Below are positions 13,321-25,404 of a DNA stretch of 64,000 nt, in pieces. This DNA is from Tubulanus polymorphus (lineage: Eukaryota > Animalia > Nemertea). The notes under the pieces are model-generated. The model saw only the letters and a program-made list of their open reading frames with translations. It was not told where the DNA came from and ran no database searches. Location of the stretch: the NCBI RefSeq assembly GCF_964204645.1, contig NC_134031.1:10790088-10854087 (forward strand), written 5' to 3'. Every line of letters begins with the position of its first letter. Positions within the stretch are counted from its first letter, which is position 1. A program made the position numbers and the translations under genes.

Positions 13321-16300
13321 AAAAACCGAAATTATAAGTCAAGAATCAAACTTTGACTTTAAATAAGTTGAAAGTGTCTAAAAAGTAACTAATAAGACCT
13401 AACTCTGAGCGCTATCTTAAAGAAGTGAAAACCTAACCGATAAGCGTTGAATTGTATCTGTAAGAACGCTGAGCAAAATATTTTAAATCAGTTGAATATA
13501 GTTATAGAGCGCTCAGAGATAACTTTTGCTGATGATATCGGGTGTACGTCTGAAAATACGTACTAATATTTAGAATAGTGGCACAGAGACAAGGCGGATA
13601 CTCCCGTATCTATGCTACTGGAAATTGCTCCGATATCGTCAGAAAAAGTATTAAATATTTAATGGTTTACGCGACCCTAACCTAACCTAAATTTACAGCA
13701 GTTGGATCGGTGGATACTCCTCACCAAACTGCCCTAAGGCACCCTCCTAAATGTACTAATTGAGGGGTACCGAGCGAAGTACAATGCCCGTGCCTTAGAA
13801 ACCTAAACTAGTGTTTTTTTAATGCGTTGTTTGTGTACAGTGTACGCGTTTAAAAGTTTGGATACCAAAACACCCAAACGAGATCTAAAAATGTGTTTTT
13901 GTCGCGAGTTCTGAATCAAAAGAATGAATGGTTAAGGCAAAACGATCCCCGTACGTCTTCAAATCTCAAAATCCAGAAGAAAATCCGTTATTTTAATATA
14001 TGCCGTACTGAAAAGTACCACACTATTAAAACAATTACCTAGAGCTAAAACCCTACGCGAATATCACGATAAAACGACTGAAAAGAGGTCAAGTTATCTC
14101 TAAATCAATCGCGATTGACCGTAGCTTTGCCGACTCAGTCAACCTCCAACGCGCTAATGAGGATTCCTGGAAAATTACCCGACCTATATTGTCTTAAAAG
14201 TTCACCCAGGGTGAATTAGTAGTTTCTTTCTAAAACTTCTCATGACCGCTTTTTGGATGAAATTAGCATTAAAACATTCCAATGATCGACTTGAACCACT
14301 ATGTGCCTCCTATCAATAGTTTAACTCGATAAATTTAATGCATAAGTCGGTCAAAATAAAAAGTTTGAAAAAAAACAAGCCTGCCTCCCCTCCCTTAAAA
14401 AATGCGCTTTTTTTAACCCAACCGGTTCACAGAATATGCCAAGTCAAATGTCACTCCGCATTAAGAATTAATGCGGAAAAAACGACCTTATTTCCAGTTA
14501 AATAAATTCAGTAATCGTATTATATTTCCACCTCAGATGCATTATGAATTAGTATTGTTGACCCAGAAACCGTTAAAAGTTGCTGCACTGCGTATTTGAA
14601 TGACTCATCGATTTTCTCTGCATCGCGTGATCATTCATTGCGCGAGAAGCCGCCATGATGAATGCGCGTTTCAATCGTCGGCTAGGACATGCAATTTTCC
14701 GGCAGCTCTCACTCAGCCCCGACACAATATAAATTCAAGCGGTTTTCGCGATTCAAAACTTAAGAACCTAAAGGATATGATTCCTGGTGAGAGATCGCTT
14801 ATTCCGGATGAAAAAGTATATAATTTTGCATGCAAACATGAGGTAAATTTTTAAATTGAATTTTCATCTACTATTGGCGGATTTATACAGTGAAAAACCC
14901 CACCAGGTCAGGAAGAAGGTTTTGATTGGCTAATCTATAGAGGTCATTAAGTGTTCACATGATTCTAGTGGTTTTATGAATGAATTTACTACGAGTCCTC
15001 TCCCGCGCGTAGCATGGCTCACGCGTCACACTTTTCTTAGTCAATAATGGTCGTCACAATCAATAGTGGCGCCCCGCGCGGATATGAACATACCTAATAT
15101 AGCTACCAATGGTGGAATTTGTGGAGAAGTTAATCAATTTCTCAAAATAATGTTGATTAATCACTCGAAACATAGGCCCTACATAAAATTGGATTATTTC
15201 GAAAGGTACCTGCGTTAGTTTGTGAATTATAAGCCATTAGCCTAATCAAAATTGTGGACTGAAGTGAATAGTAGAAAGAAAGTATAGCCTATTTCTGAAG
15301 TGTTACTTTTTTCAACCGTGTTTTGGCCCTTGTCATCCCTAACGTTGGTATAAGACCCCCATCCGATTATAAAAAGCTTTCCACCAACTATAATAAGGAA
15401 ACTAACTTAACTAATCACAACGCAGTTTAATTTAATAATAAATCTATCTTATCAATACGAGCCCCTGTGGATTTGATGGGTGTCGAAATTTGGTGTACAC
15501 CGATATCGATAACTCACCCTTTTATGATAGCCCGAAAAAGTTCGGGGATGTGAGAATAATTGAAACTAGAATATGAGGCCAAAAGAACTGATTTTATTTC
15601 TCTTGACCAATCTACAGCGACTGCCGGCTCAGCCATCGCCATTTTGTGGTTGAAATCTAAGTCTAGACTGGTTACCGGTTCTTCCATTATTGTATTAGAC
15701 TGGTTGTCGGTCTATATCTTCAGTTATAGACTGGTTGTCGGTCTCTACCTAGACTGGTTACCGGTCTCTATCTTCAATTAAAGACCGGTTGTGCCCATCC
15801 TCCACATCTTCACCCGTCAAGGGATTCGAACCCACTACGCTAAAGCTGTTCCCCGAACCCCTTGACCTCACGAGTCGTTGGAGTCGTTACTAGCCGACCA
15901 GAAACCGGTCGTACCAATCACAGCGCTTGTAACAAACCGTCAGTAGACTTCTGTTGGTTTCCCGTTAAATTGACCAATCAGCGAACGTTTTACCGAACAA
16001 GGAAGTATTTCGCAAATCGATATATGACGTCACGCGCAACAGCGCCAATAATGAAATCACGCTTCGTGAGGCCAGGGGGCTGGTGGAAGCGAGTTCGGGA
16101 GTGATACCGGACCCCTGGCAAGCGAGGATGATCCTCCATTTTACATTTTTGATGCATGTCAAATAAGGTCAAACATGTAAAGTAGCAAGTTACTTCCTGG
16201 TTAAGATGGCGTCTCTTCGAATTTGCTTAGCTTCGAGCGATATCAAAAGTGCCCTTTACAATGGACGGAAAGACATTGATTTCTGTTAGTATCAGATAAA

Positions 16301-17009
16301 TCCAATGATAATTTACCTGGTACTCGGAATACAAACTAACAAGGATCGAAATCTAATGCGAGGTGAGCTCTGCCGCGACCGTCACTGAATACGGAACATT
16401 GAAGGAACAGAGGACATCCTTTCTGAGATGTATGTATTTAGTGAATTGATGTTTTAATACAGTTGACTATATTTAGTATCTGAATAAAGTTTACAATTAT
16501 TGAACTCCTTAGCGCTTTGTGAGATCAGATATTTGGACCCACCTCAGCCTACTGATTTCCTGATACAGACAGCAAGTTGGCACAGTCAAATTAAGAGACT
16601 TGGTGAAGACAAGTTACTCAGATCACACTGGGAATTCGCAATATCCTCTCTCCTCATGGACCACACAATGTCAATGTTGACTTTGCTAGAAATAGATTAT
16701 AAAATTCATCACGACCAATTCATTTTCACTGAATTCAATATTTATTGTTCACTTCTGGTACAATATCTTGTTCAGCCCCTGACAAGAGAATAAGCAATTG
16801 ACAAGAGAATAAGCAATGACACTACGTATTTCATGACATAAAACAGTAGTTTTTTTTTTCATCGACAAATTGGGACGATCCTGCTATCCCCGATTTGAAT
16901 GATAGTGTCTTTAGAATCATAAAGACCATGTCTCGACCAGACAGATAATCCAACCACAATTCAAATTGAAGGCTCGCTAGTGCAGTTATTCACAGAATCC
17001 AGCTCTTTA

Positions 17010-17103
17010 AACCTCATCAGTTTATCAGATCGTGAGCAGTGGAGAAATACAGTACACAACATCTTGGCGCAGCGGCGCTTGCTGATGTAACTGATGATGA
17101 TGA
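17010..17103 (+). mobile_element. RTE-like LINE 3' remnant
   Basis: Reads ...SDREQWRNTVHNI..., resembling RTE C-terminal DRxxWR, followed by a (TGA)n tail. Confidence 0.4.
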
Positions 17104-19350
17104 GTTTATCAAAATCAAGGAGTTTCACCGCCTGTTATTTGGAATCTCATTTCATGACAGCTAGTACTGATTCTTTATTCTCTTTGATTACTGCATGATG
17201 TTATCATTCTGAAATTAAAATACATATCTTACTTACAATTAAACCTGGATTGACTTTACAATTAATGGTTCAGAATCCATTTTTCAAACTTACCTTGATG
17301 CATTGCAATCTATTCTTTTCATGTTGAGCTAATTTGATATGCATACCTTCAATTTCTTAAAACATCCTACGAGTTGTGACTCACAAAATCATCACTAAAA
17401 CGCTCACAATAATCTACAATAGATAATCAATATAGTGTTCGTGGAATAGCACTCATATTCGACGTTCACATTTTTATGAAGAAGTAAGGAAGTAGGTGAA
17501 GTTACCTTGTTGATGTCATTATTTTCACTGGATCAACTGCTGATATCCAATGTCACATTAAGAACAATCGGTAATCAATCAATCGCCTCGAGTGAACAAA
17601 CAAGTAGCCTCTGCTGCAAGGTTCAGTATGTCAGTAGTGGTATAGTAGTATTGTATGTATTATTGTTTCCTCCATACACACACAGTCCAAATTGCTGATT
17701 GACGACCTGTAGGTTTTGACGGCGCTGTCACACAGCCATCCTGAATTGAATACCGATATTTTCGGTACCACACGCTAAACAAGTGCCTGCAGAAGCGTTA
17801 CCTGGCAGTTTTAATGGAATTTCTTTCTTCATTGGTATGAAAAATGACTTTAAAGAGGTCCATGGAACGTCAATCGGCAAAAGGTAGAAAGTTTCTTTTG
17901 TCCAATGTCGTATAGCGCCGCTGCGGTCGAAAATCGAACTAATCTGTCAAGTCGATAATTTTCTAAGTGAGAAGACGCCGCGTTCAGTTCGCAGTGCACT
18001 GTACGTACAGTTTTTCGATACACTGCTGTTCAGCAAATTTGTTTTGAAGTTGAAGTTCACAGCGCGCTATTCAGTTTTCAGAAGTAGAGGGCGAAAATAA
18101 CATCATTCGTAAGATCTCAGATTGAATATTTTCATCAGATTCAGAGCTCAGTTCATTGTATAAAATGTTTTATTTCATGTATTAGACAGTTACTTCTATT
18201 ACTCTGACAGGAGTTTTTATGTCATAATTTTTTTACCTCATGTGTAACTCAATTATAGCAGAGTTGATAGTTTAATTATCAATTATTAATTTATAAATGA
18301 ATTAGTATTATTGATTCAATTATTGGATTGATTATTATTAAGAGATATGACATTATAAACATATATATAATGCAAAGATATGGATGTTATATATAATGCA
18401 ACGATTTGGATGTTATAATGATAATGTATTTCTACTCGCATAGAAATGAGACTAAAGTTTTCCTGTTTGGATATTCTAAAAGCTTATAAGTCCTTTGCCA
18501 AGGATATGAATGGTTTGTGATGATATTATGTTAACTAAATTCATTTGTTGGTTGAACGATTTCAATTAATATCGCAATATTTAGCATTCGTGATATAATT
18601 AATTGTTTATGTTAGCAAAAGATTGCATTTGATATAGAAGGCTTTAAAATGTTTTGATGTATGGTTGAGATTTTCAAAATAAATGTTACGCTTACAAGAG
18701 ATAATTGGAACTAGATGTTTTATTTCATTTTTATCAAGTATCGATGTCTTTCGACGATGTGCAACAGCCCATTAGAGTTTGCCTTAAAATACTCTCAGTC
18801 TATAAGCTGAATTTAATTCATACCGCCGTTACAGTACTATAAAATTGACACTAAATCTTTAGCGTCATTGGATTAGGACGTCCCCTGTTTCACATCCGGC
18901 AGGTGTGGTGCCGGTGGGTAAGTTTAATAAGGTACACCAAATCTATTAAAACGATCGCTATTTTAAAATCAAAACATCCCGAAGAAATTGGGGATTCGAA
19001 CCTATCGGATATATACTGGTACTCGGCGTCTTTCCACTTAACAAAACATCGTCAATAACATTAGTTCTTATTATTGCTAAGTAGCGGCGCTACCGGTACT
19101 GTCGATCGGACATTAGAAACTTTCTACCTTTTGCCGTAAATCGAGACACAGTGTAGGCGGCCATGTTACATTGTTCACGTGATGAAATACTGAAATCTGA
19201 TTGGATCCGTAAAATCCGCGGAAGATGGCGGACGGGCAAAACCTGTCCCATATTGAATGGGACAGGCAACCAGTCTAGACTCTACCTTTGTCAATCACCC
19301 CGTATAGACTGGTCGCCTGTCCAATTCTGCGCCACCTGCATTCGCAGTCA

Positions 19351-20299
19351 AGTTCAAGTTCAAAGTTCAAGTTCAAATTTATTTCACAGAAAGCATGACA
19401 GGCTATGTACACAGGTTGAGAGAAAACAAACAATAAAATTTACAATTTTTTTAAACAAAGCACAATTATAAAAAGAGAGTGAGAACAGTAGCTTTCAGTG
19501 TGGGCCAAGCAAAGCCTTTAGGCCGCTGTCGCAAGCACCAAAGGGAAAAAAACGAAAGGGAAATGAAGAAACAAAGGGGAAGGAAATGAAAGTTGATGAT
19601 TTTTGATAATTTCAGAAGAGTTTATATGAGTAAGCTAGAGGGTTCAGAAGAGTGAGCAATTATAACAATTAGGGTTATTACATTGATGGATATCATTGTA
19701 GGCGGAGGTGAGATATGGTCTGAGTTTACGTTTTAAATTTTGTTTGCTAGTTTGTAGGATGTCATTGGAAAAAGGTACTTTTTGCCAGATGTTTGAAAGA
19801 ATGTTTTGCGGTGAATTTTGATGCGGGGTTGGCGGTGTTTGTTTTGAAAATAAAGAATATGCGTGGTCTAAATATATGCTTTTTCTGATGTTGACTAAAG
19901 GAGATAAGTTTTCCGCGGTGAAGTAATTAGAAAAGTAATGGGGTGAAGATTTGATGGTGTTTTGAATAAAAAGTGCAGTTTAAAGGATGAGGACATCATT
20001 GATTTTGAGGATTTCAAGATTTTTAAAAAGTGGGTCTGTGTGTGCAGTGTACTTAGAGTTGGTGATTATTCGAACAATCTTCTTTTGGATTAGGAGGCAT
20101 TTTTTATTATAAGGCGAGTGGCCCCAAGCCAACATGCCATAGTTCAAATGAGGATAGACTGAGGTGTAGTAAAGAGAAAGTAAATTTTGTGTGTCTAGGA
20201 TGTTTTTAGTTTTGTTTATGATACCAGTAATTTGTGAAATTTTCTTGTGTATTTTGTCGATATGTGGTTTCCAGTTCAGATTTTCATGTATTGTCAAGC
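19351..20299 (-). mobile_element. 5'-truncated CR1/L2-clade LINE
   Basis: ORF 19980-20306 GLTIHENLNWKPHI...YPHLNYGMLAWG...HTDPLF (RT C-terminal region); AATAAA plus (TTGAAC)n 3' tail at 19351-19385; possible TSD CAGTCA (19345-19350 / 20300-20305). Confidence 0.85.
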
Positions 20300-20357
20300 C
20301 AGTCATTCAATATGTTTAGGTCATAATTAATATACTGTATGAGTGTGTTGAGGCGTG

Positions 20358-20673
20358 AGTAATAGGGGTTTAGTTGTTCTATACCAAAGGTCGAACGGTC
20401 GAGTTCATTAAAAACAAAATATTAAAAGTAATTTAAAACTATAACATATTTTCATAGCCGTGTGTATTTTATATTATAACTAAATATTTATTCTAAGATA
20501 TTAATAATTTAAATTTTAAAAGCATATTGTAAATAAATCAAATATATTCTATTATTTTACTAAAATACACACGGCTATGAAAATATATTATAGTTTTAAA
20601 TTACTTTTAATATTTGTTTTTAATGAACTCGACCATTCAACCTTTAATCTAGAACAACTAAACCCCTATTACT
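20358..20673. repeat. Terminal fold-back hairpin of Polinton A (within ~570-bp TIR)
   Basis: Arms ~113 bp: 20358-20470 vs 20561-20673. Confidence 0.93.
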
Positions 20674-20931
20674 CTTAAAATATTTATATACATGAATAAA
20701 ATATATATGAATAACATATAAATTGATAGATTATTCAATATAAAAGTAACGAGTAATTAACGAGCTCTTATAGAATAGATATATAGATATATTTTAAACA
20801 TATTTCAATATTTATATTTGTATGAGTTAGATTTTTAAACATTAAAAGTGTTAGTAAAGTGTGATTGAAAGAATTCATATTTAAATCATTGAACTTCTAA
20901 AATCAATTTAGTAAAAAAATATGTATAATAA

Positions 20932-22433
20932 ATGGAATCAGAACAACCACAAACTATCAATATTACAAATAACACTGGTGTCATAAACATATACTACAAG
21001 AAGTGTTCTAAATGTGAAATAGATAAATTCGCTATAACAGAATTTAATAAGCGTAAGATTAGCAAAGATGGTTTTCAATATTGCTGTAAAACTTGTACTA
21101 AACTATATACCAAACAATATCGAGAAGATAATAGAGAAGCTTACAATGATTATATGACAGAATATATGAGAGGAAAATATCAAACAGATCTTAATTTTTG
21201 ATTAAAACAATGTTTAAGATCTAGATTTACACAATTATTCAACAAAGAAACGCATTCAGAAACACTATCTAATTTATTAGGTTGTTCAGATAAATTTTTC
21301 ATATCATGGATAATATATCAATTCGACGATAAAATGAATATAGATAATTATGGTGAATACTTCCATATTGATCATGTGTTGCCGATTTCTAAATTTGACA
21401 TGAGTGATGATTATAATAAGAAGCTAATATGGAGCTGGAGAAATTTAAGACCTTTAGAAAAGAAGGAAAACATAATTAAATCTAACAAACTAGATATGAA
21501 ATTATATTTAGATCAACTGGATAAAGCAAAGACATTGGTTGAATTATGGAATTCAACACATAATGAAAAATACGTTGAAGCTTAAGCGCTTAGAAAACCG
21601 GTTACTCTCGATCTATGTCAAACCGCCTATATTTAATTGTATTAGGTTGTTTACAAAAACATCTGTGCCGCATTTTATATTCAGTTGAATGGGGTGTGCC
21701 TCATTTGAATATTGATCGAATGTGCTATTTCAGTTGAAAAGGATTAATCAATTACATCACAAAGGAACATCTGTTGCTCAGACAGTGTTTAGCTAGTGAA
21801 TAACTGGCAGTTATAAGCGCGCAGCACATAAGCATAGGAACGCATAGGATATTCTCTCTATAAACACAATTTTAGGAGTTTACAGTTATAAATGTAAGTA
21901 CTGTTTTTGTTGTTATTAAGGCGTCGGGAAACGTTAAGCATGTAAAACTTACCCTGGTAAGATGCGTCACAAATGGCCATGTTTAAGTGCTGTAATTAAT
22001 ATTTTACAACTACAACTTCAAGTTAGTTTTATTCTACACTAGATATTTATCTTTTAGATAACAAAATGAAGACCATTGAATCAAGAAAGTGAAGATGGAT
22101 GGATGTGGAATCAGAAATAATGGATATTTCAACTCATGAAACTGTAGCAGTTTAGCCTTACTGTATAGGCTTTCAATGCATTACGTTTGTCGGAATTTCA
22201 ATTGCGTCATTAAGCTGTTGTTAATGACACACAGTGACAGATGTTGTATTATACTTTATTAATTCCTGCATTCCACGCATACCTTACCGCTCCTGAGCCG
22301 AGCGGCTTGGAATGTGGAAATCGATAATTATCGTAGAATAAAATATATGTGTGTTTATGAAATAGTATTTCCACCAGTCGTTTCTTTGAATTTATTTTCA
22401 GTTTGAGGATTTATTATCGAGAATCCAAAATGA
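20932..22433 (+). pseudogene. Zn-finger/HNH endonuclease-like gene of Polinton A (premature stop; 827-bp insertion near 3' end)
   Basis: CSKC..CCKTC, HIDHVLP..NLRPL..EN..KSNK; homolog of 40019-40696. Confidence 0.75.
21581..22407. other. Unclassified 827-bp insertion in Polinton A
   Basis: Absent from B; removing it restores YVEGFIIENPK* (B: YVEEFDIKDPK*); higher GC than the element. Confidence 0.75.
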
Positions 22434-22737
22434 CTTACCTGGACAGTTATAATTGCTGCTCCTAATAGATAAACAATAGTAGTGAGATATTAAATCCTTA
22501 TTTAAATAGAATATAATTAAAAAAAACAATAACTTCAACTAGCTAGTGAATTCTATTTTAATTTTTTATATTTTCTTTTGCAATTCTTGTTAACACTAGA
22601 TTGAATAGATTTTGATAAGATTCGAATAAAAATTCTTCACCTTTAACTAACCTAGTCAATTAAGTATTAACCCAAAGAGATACTAATATCATTTTATAGT
22701 ACTTATAATATTTTTTTCGCTTTTTTCTCTAATATAA

Positions 22738-23340
22738 ATGTCAAAGAAATCGAGTAAGAATAGTATTGATATTGAAAAAACATTAGATGATTTGGGTATA
22801 AGTGATAATAAGGATCCAGTTGTGTCTAATTCTATTCAAGTTAATAACAATATTGATTATGAATACTACTTATATTGTAAGCACCATCTTGAATTACTAA
22901 TTGCTAGCGGGAAGTGTAAACAATTTTTAGCTAAGACCATTACTTTTCAAGAATTAGATGCTATGAAACCAGATAAAGTAATAAAATATTTTAAGATTTA
23001 TGAAGAAGCTAGATTAGCTAGAATAAATGATTATATTTCAGATGGTATTGTCAAATGTTATTCAAAATTATGTAACCGGTTAATATCAATTGATGATGAA
23101 AATAAATTATATGGTGATTTGAAAAATGACTACTTAGTTATGACTGAATTACAAAAATGGGTTGGTTATCCTTCATTTCAATTAGGATCGGTTATGACAT
23201 TAATTTCTACTGGCGTCATAACATTTTCGAATATCAAACCTATGGAATATAAATCAGGTAAGAACGAAACAGATGTACTACAACCAAGCGGTGAAACAGA
23301 AAATGAATCAGAACAAAAATTAACTAAAATAAATGAGTGA
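22738..23340 (+). CDS. Polinton A hypothetical protein
   Basis: Intact ORF, homolog of 41001-41609. Confidence 0.8.
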   Translation: MSKKSSKNSIDIEKTLDDLGISDNKDPVVSNSIQVNNNIDYEYYLYCKHHLELLIASGKCKQFLAKTITFQELDAMKPDKVIKYFKIYEEARLARINDYISDGIVKCYSKLCNRLISIDDENKLYGDLKNDYLVMTELQKWVGYPSFQLGSVMTLISTGVITFSNIKPMEYKSGKNETDVLQPSGETENESEQKLTKINE

Positions 23341-23707
23341 TGGTGTTAAGAAAAAGGATAGATCCGAGAAACAAATTAAATGGGCAAGAGAATTAGGTAA
23401 AAGATCTGCAGAATTAAAAAAAGCTAAGAAAAAGAAATTAACTGATATAAATGAATCACAGAAATTATCTGATATTGATTCAAAGAATAATCCATCTGAT
23501 AGATTCAGCACAGCTGAATCTCATAATTACTTATATATTACAATTGGATTAGTAACAGTTATTATATTCTCTGGTGTAATATATAAATATAAGTATAAAT
23601 CTGATTATAACAATAATGATTCCAATGATAATAAACCTATCATACCAGAAAATAAGTCAAATCATAAAGTCATTGAAACTAAATCTAAATTATTATTAAT
23701 GGATTAA
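23333..23707 (+). CDS. Polinton A basic protein with one transmembrane helix
   Basis: K-rich N-terminus, hydrophobic YLYITIGLVTVIIFSGVIY; homolog of 41602-41955. Confidence 0.75.
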   Translation: MSDGVKKKDRSEKQIKWARELGKRSAELKKAKKKKLTDINESQKLSDIDSKNNPSDRFSTAESHNYLYITIGLVTVIIFSGVIYKYKYKSDYNNNDSNDNKPIIPENKSNHKVIETKSKLLLMD

Positions 23708-23713
23708 AATAAG

Positions 23714-24805
23714 ATGAAAAAAGAACAATATTTAAGAGAGTTATATTATAACCCAGAAAGTGAAGTATCATATTCTAGCGTTTCAGAATTATGGGGTAAA
23801 ATTAAATCTGATAAAGAAAATGGCAATATAAAATATAGTGAATTAAAATCATGGTTACAAAATCAACCAACATATCAAATCCACAAGAAAATGGATAAAA
23901 CTTATTCAACAAGAAAAGTTATGGTTTCATATATCGATCAACAATGGCAAGCAGATTTAATTGACATGAAGAACTTAGAGGAATACAACAAAGGATATTT
24001 CTGGATATTAAATGTTATAGACATATTCAGTAGATACGCATGGTCAATTCCAATCAAAAATAAAACTGGTATAGAAATGACAAATGCTTTTAAATCAATA
24101 TTTAAAGAAGCTATTCCAGATAAGATACAATTTGATGAAGGTAAGGAATTCTATAATAAACATTTTAAAAAACTATTATCTGATAACAATGTAGATTATT
24201 TTTCAACACATTCAGATAAAAAAGCATCTATTATAGAAAGATTTAATAAAACATTGAAAACTAGAATGTGGAAATATTTTACTGCTAATGAAACATATAA
24301 ATATATCGATGCGTTAGATGATTTAGTGATAGGTTATAATAATTCTAAACATAGTTCTATTAATATGAAACCTATACAAGCTAGAAAAGAAGATAATTCA
24401 GAAATAGTTTGGAATAATTTATATGGAGCGTTTGTTACACATGATTTCGGTGAACCTAGATTTAAAATAGGACAACACGTTAGAATATCTAAATATAGAA
24501 AAACATTTTATAAAGGTTATACCTCTAATTTTACAGAAGAAATATTCAAGATTAAAAAGATAATATTAACTAAACCTTTTGTTTATAAACTAGAAGATTT
24601 AAAAGATGAAGAAATATTAGGTTATTTCCATGAACAAGAATTATCACTTGTACCAAATCCAGATGAAATAGAATACAAAATAGAAAAAGTATTGAAAACA
24701 AAAACTCTTAAAGGAAAAAAGTATTCTTTGGTGAAATATAAAGGATATGATGATAAATTTAATGAATGGATTTTATCTAGTAAAATTAAAATAATAAATG
24801 AATAA
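23714..24805 (+). CDS. Retroviral-like (rve) integrase with C-terminal chromodomain
   Basis: WQADLID, QFDEGKEF, IIERFNKT; C-terminal YKIEKVL..SLVKYKGYDDKFNEWI. Confidence 0.95.
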   Translation: MKKEQYLRELYYNPESEVSYSSVSELWGKIKSDKENGNIKYSELKSWLQNQPTYQIHKKMDKTYSTRKVMVSYIDQQWQADLIDMKNLEEYNKGYFWILNVIDIFSRYAWSIPIKNKTGIEMTNAFKSIFKEAIPDKIQFDEGKEFYNKHFKKLLSDNNVDYFSTHSDKKASIIERFNKTLKTRMWKYFTANETYKYIDALDDLVIGYNNSKHSSINMKPIQARKEDNSEIVWNNLYGAFVTHDFGEPRFKIGQHVRISKYRKTFYKGYTSNFTEEIFKIKKIILTKPFVYKLEDLKDEEILGYFHEQELSLVPNPDEIEYKIEKVLKTKTLKGKKYSLVKYKGYDDKFNEWILSSKIKIINE

Positions 24806-25196
24806 AGATTTATTTATATTTGAACCGCATAATATGTTAGTTACTGGTGTAACCAACTGTGGTAAAACACATTTCATATTAGACTTGTTAGAAACTATTT
24901 ATAAGAATCATTTTGATAATATAATATTATTCTGCCCTACTTATGAAATGAATAAAACATATAATAGAGATATAGTTAAGATGAAAAAGGTTATTATATT
25001 AGATCCTAAAACAGTAAAAGAAAATTTAGACAATTGTATTAAAATAGCAATTGATACTTATAAAGGATCAAATATATTATTCATTATAGATGATTGCGCA
25101 AATTTACATGATTCAAAAGTTAGAGAAAGTGAGTTATGTTATTTAGCTTTCTCTGGGAGACATTTCGGGATAACAAAAATATACGTTTTCTCTTAA
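24798..25196 (+). pseudogene. Packaging ATPase (FtsK/A32-like), C-terminally truncated
   Basis: Walker A GVTNCGKT, Walker B IIDD, GRH; diverges from B immediately after GRHFGIT. Confidence 0.88.
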
Positions 25197-25287
25197 TAAA
25201 AATAAAAATAGATTATTTTATAACTATTTCTATACTTAGATTAATAATTTACATTTTTAATTTAAAAAATAAATATCTATATATTTG

Positions 25288-25377
25288 TGTACTAGACGTA
25301 CGAGTAAGAAAGTAAGATTTCTTAGATTCTTGGATTCTTACCAAGATTCTTACTTTCTTACTCGTACGTCTAGTACA
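25288..25377. terminator. Perfect 30-bp inverted repeat at the convergent gene junction (putative terminator/3'-end signal)
   Basis: TGTACTAGACGTACGAGTAAGAAAGTAAGA (25288-25317) and its exact reverse complement (25348-25377). Confidence 0.55.
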
Positions 25378-25404
25378 TAGATATATAAATTAGTTTTATA
25401 ATAA

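Larger units (their letters stand above)
5471..15105 (-). mobile_element. Large hAT-like DNA transposon (possibly hATw-type)
   Basis: TAG...CTA termini; 7-bp TSD CCAATGG at 5464-5470 and 15106-15112; ~500-bp imperfect TIRs (5471-~5970 vs ~14600-15096); internal transposase pseudogene. Confidence 0.8.

Noticed and set aside
15818-15836. tRNA gene (GGGATTCGAACCC; also ~18991)
   Set aside because: Only an isolated B-box; no cloverleaf; at most a SINE remnant
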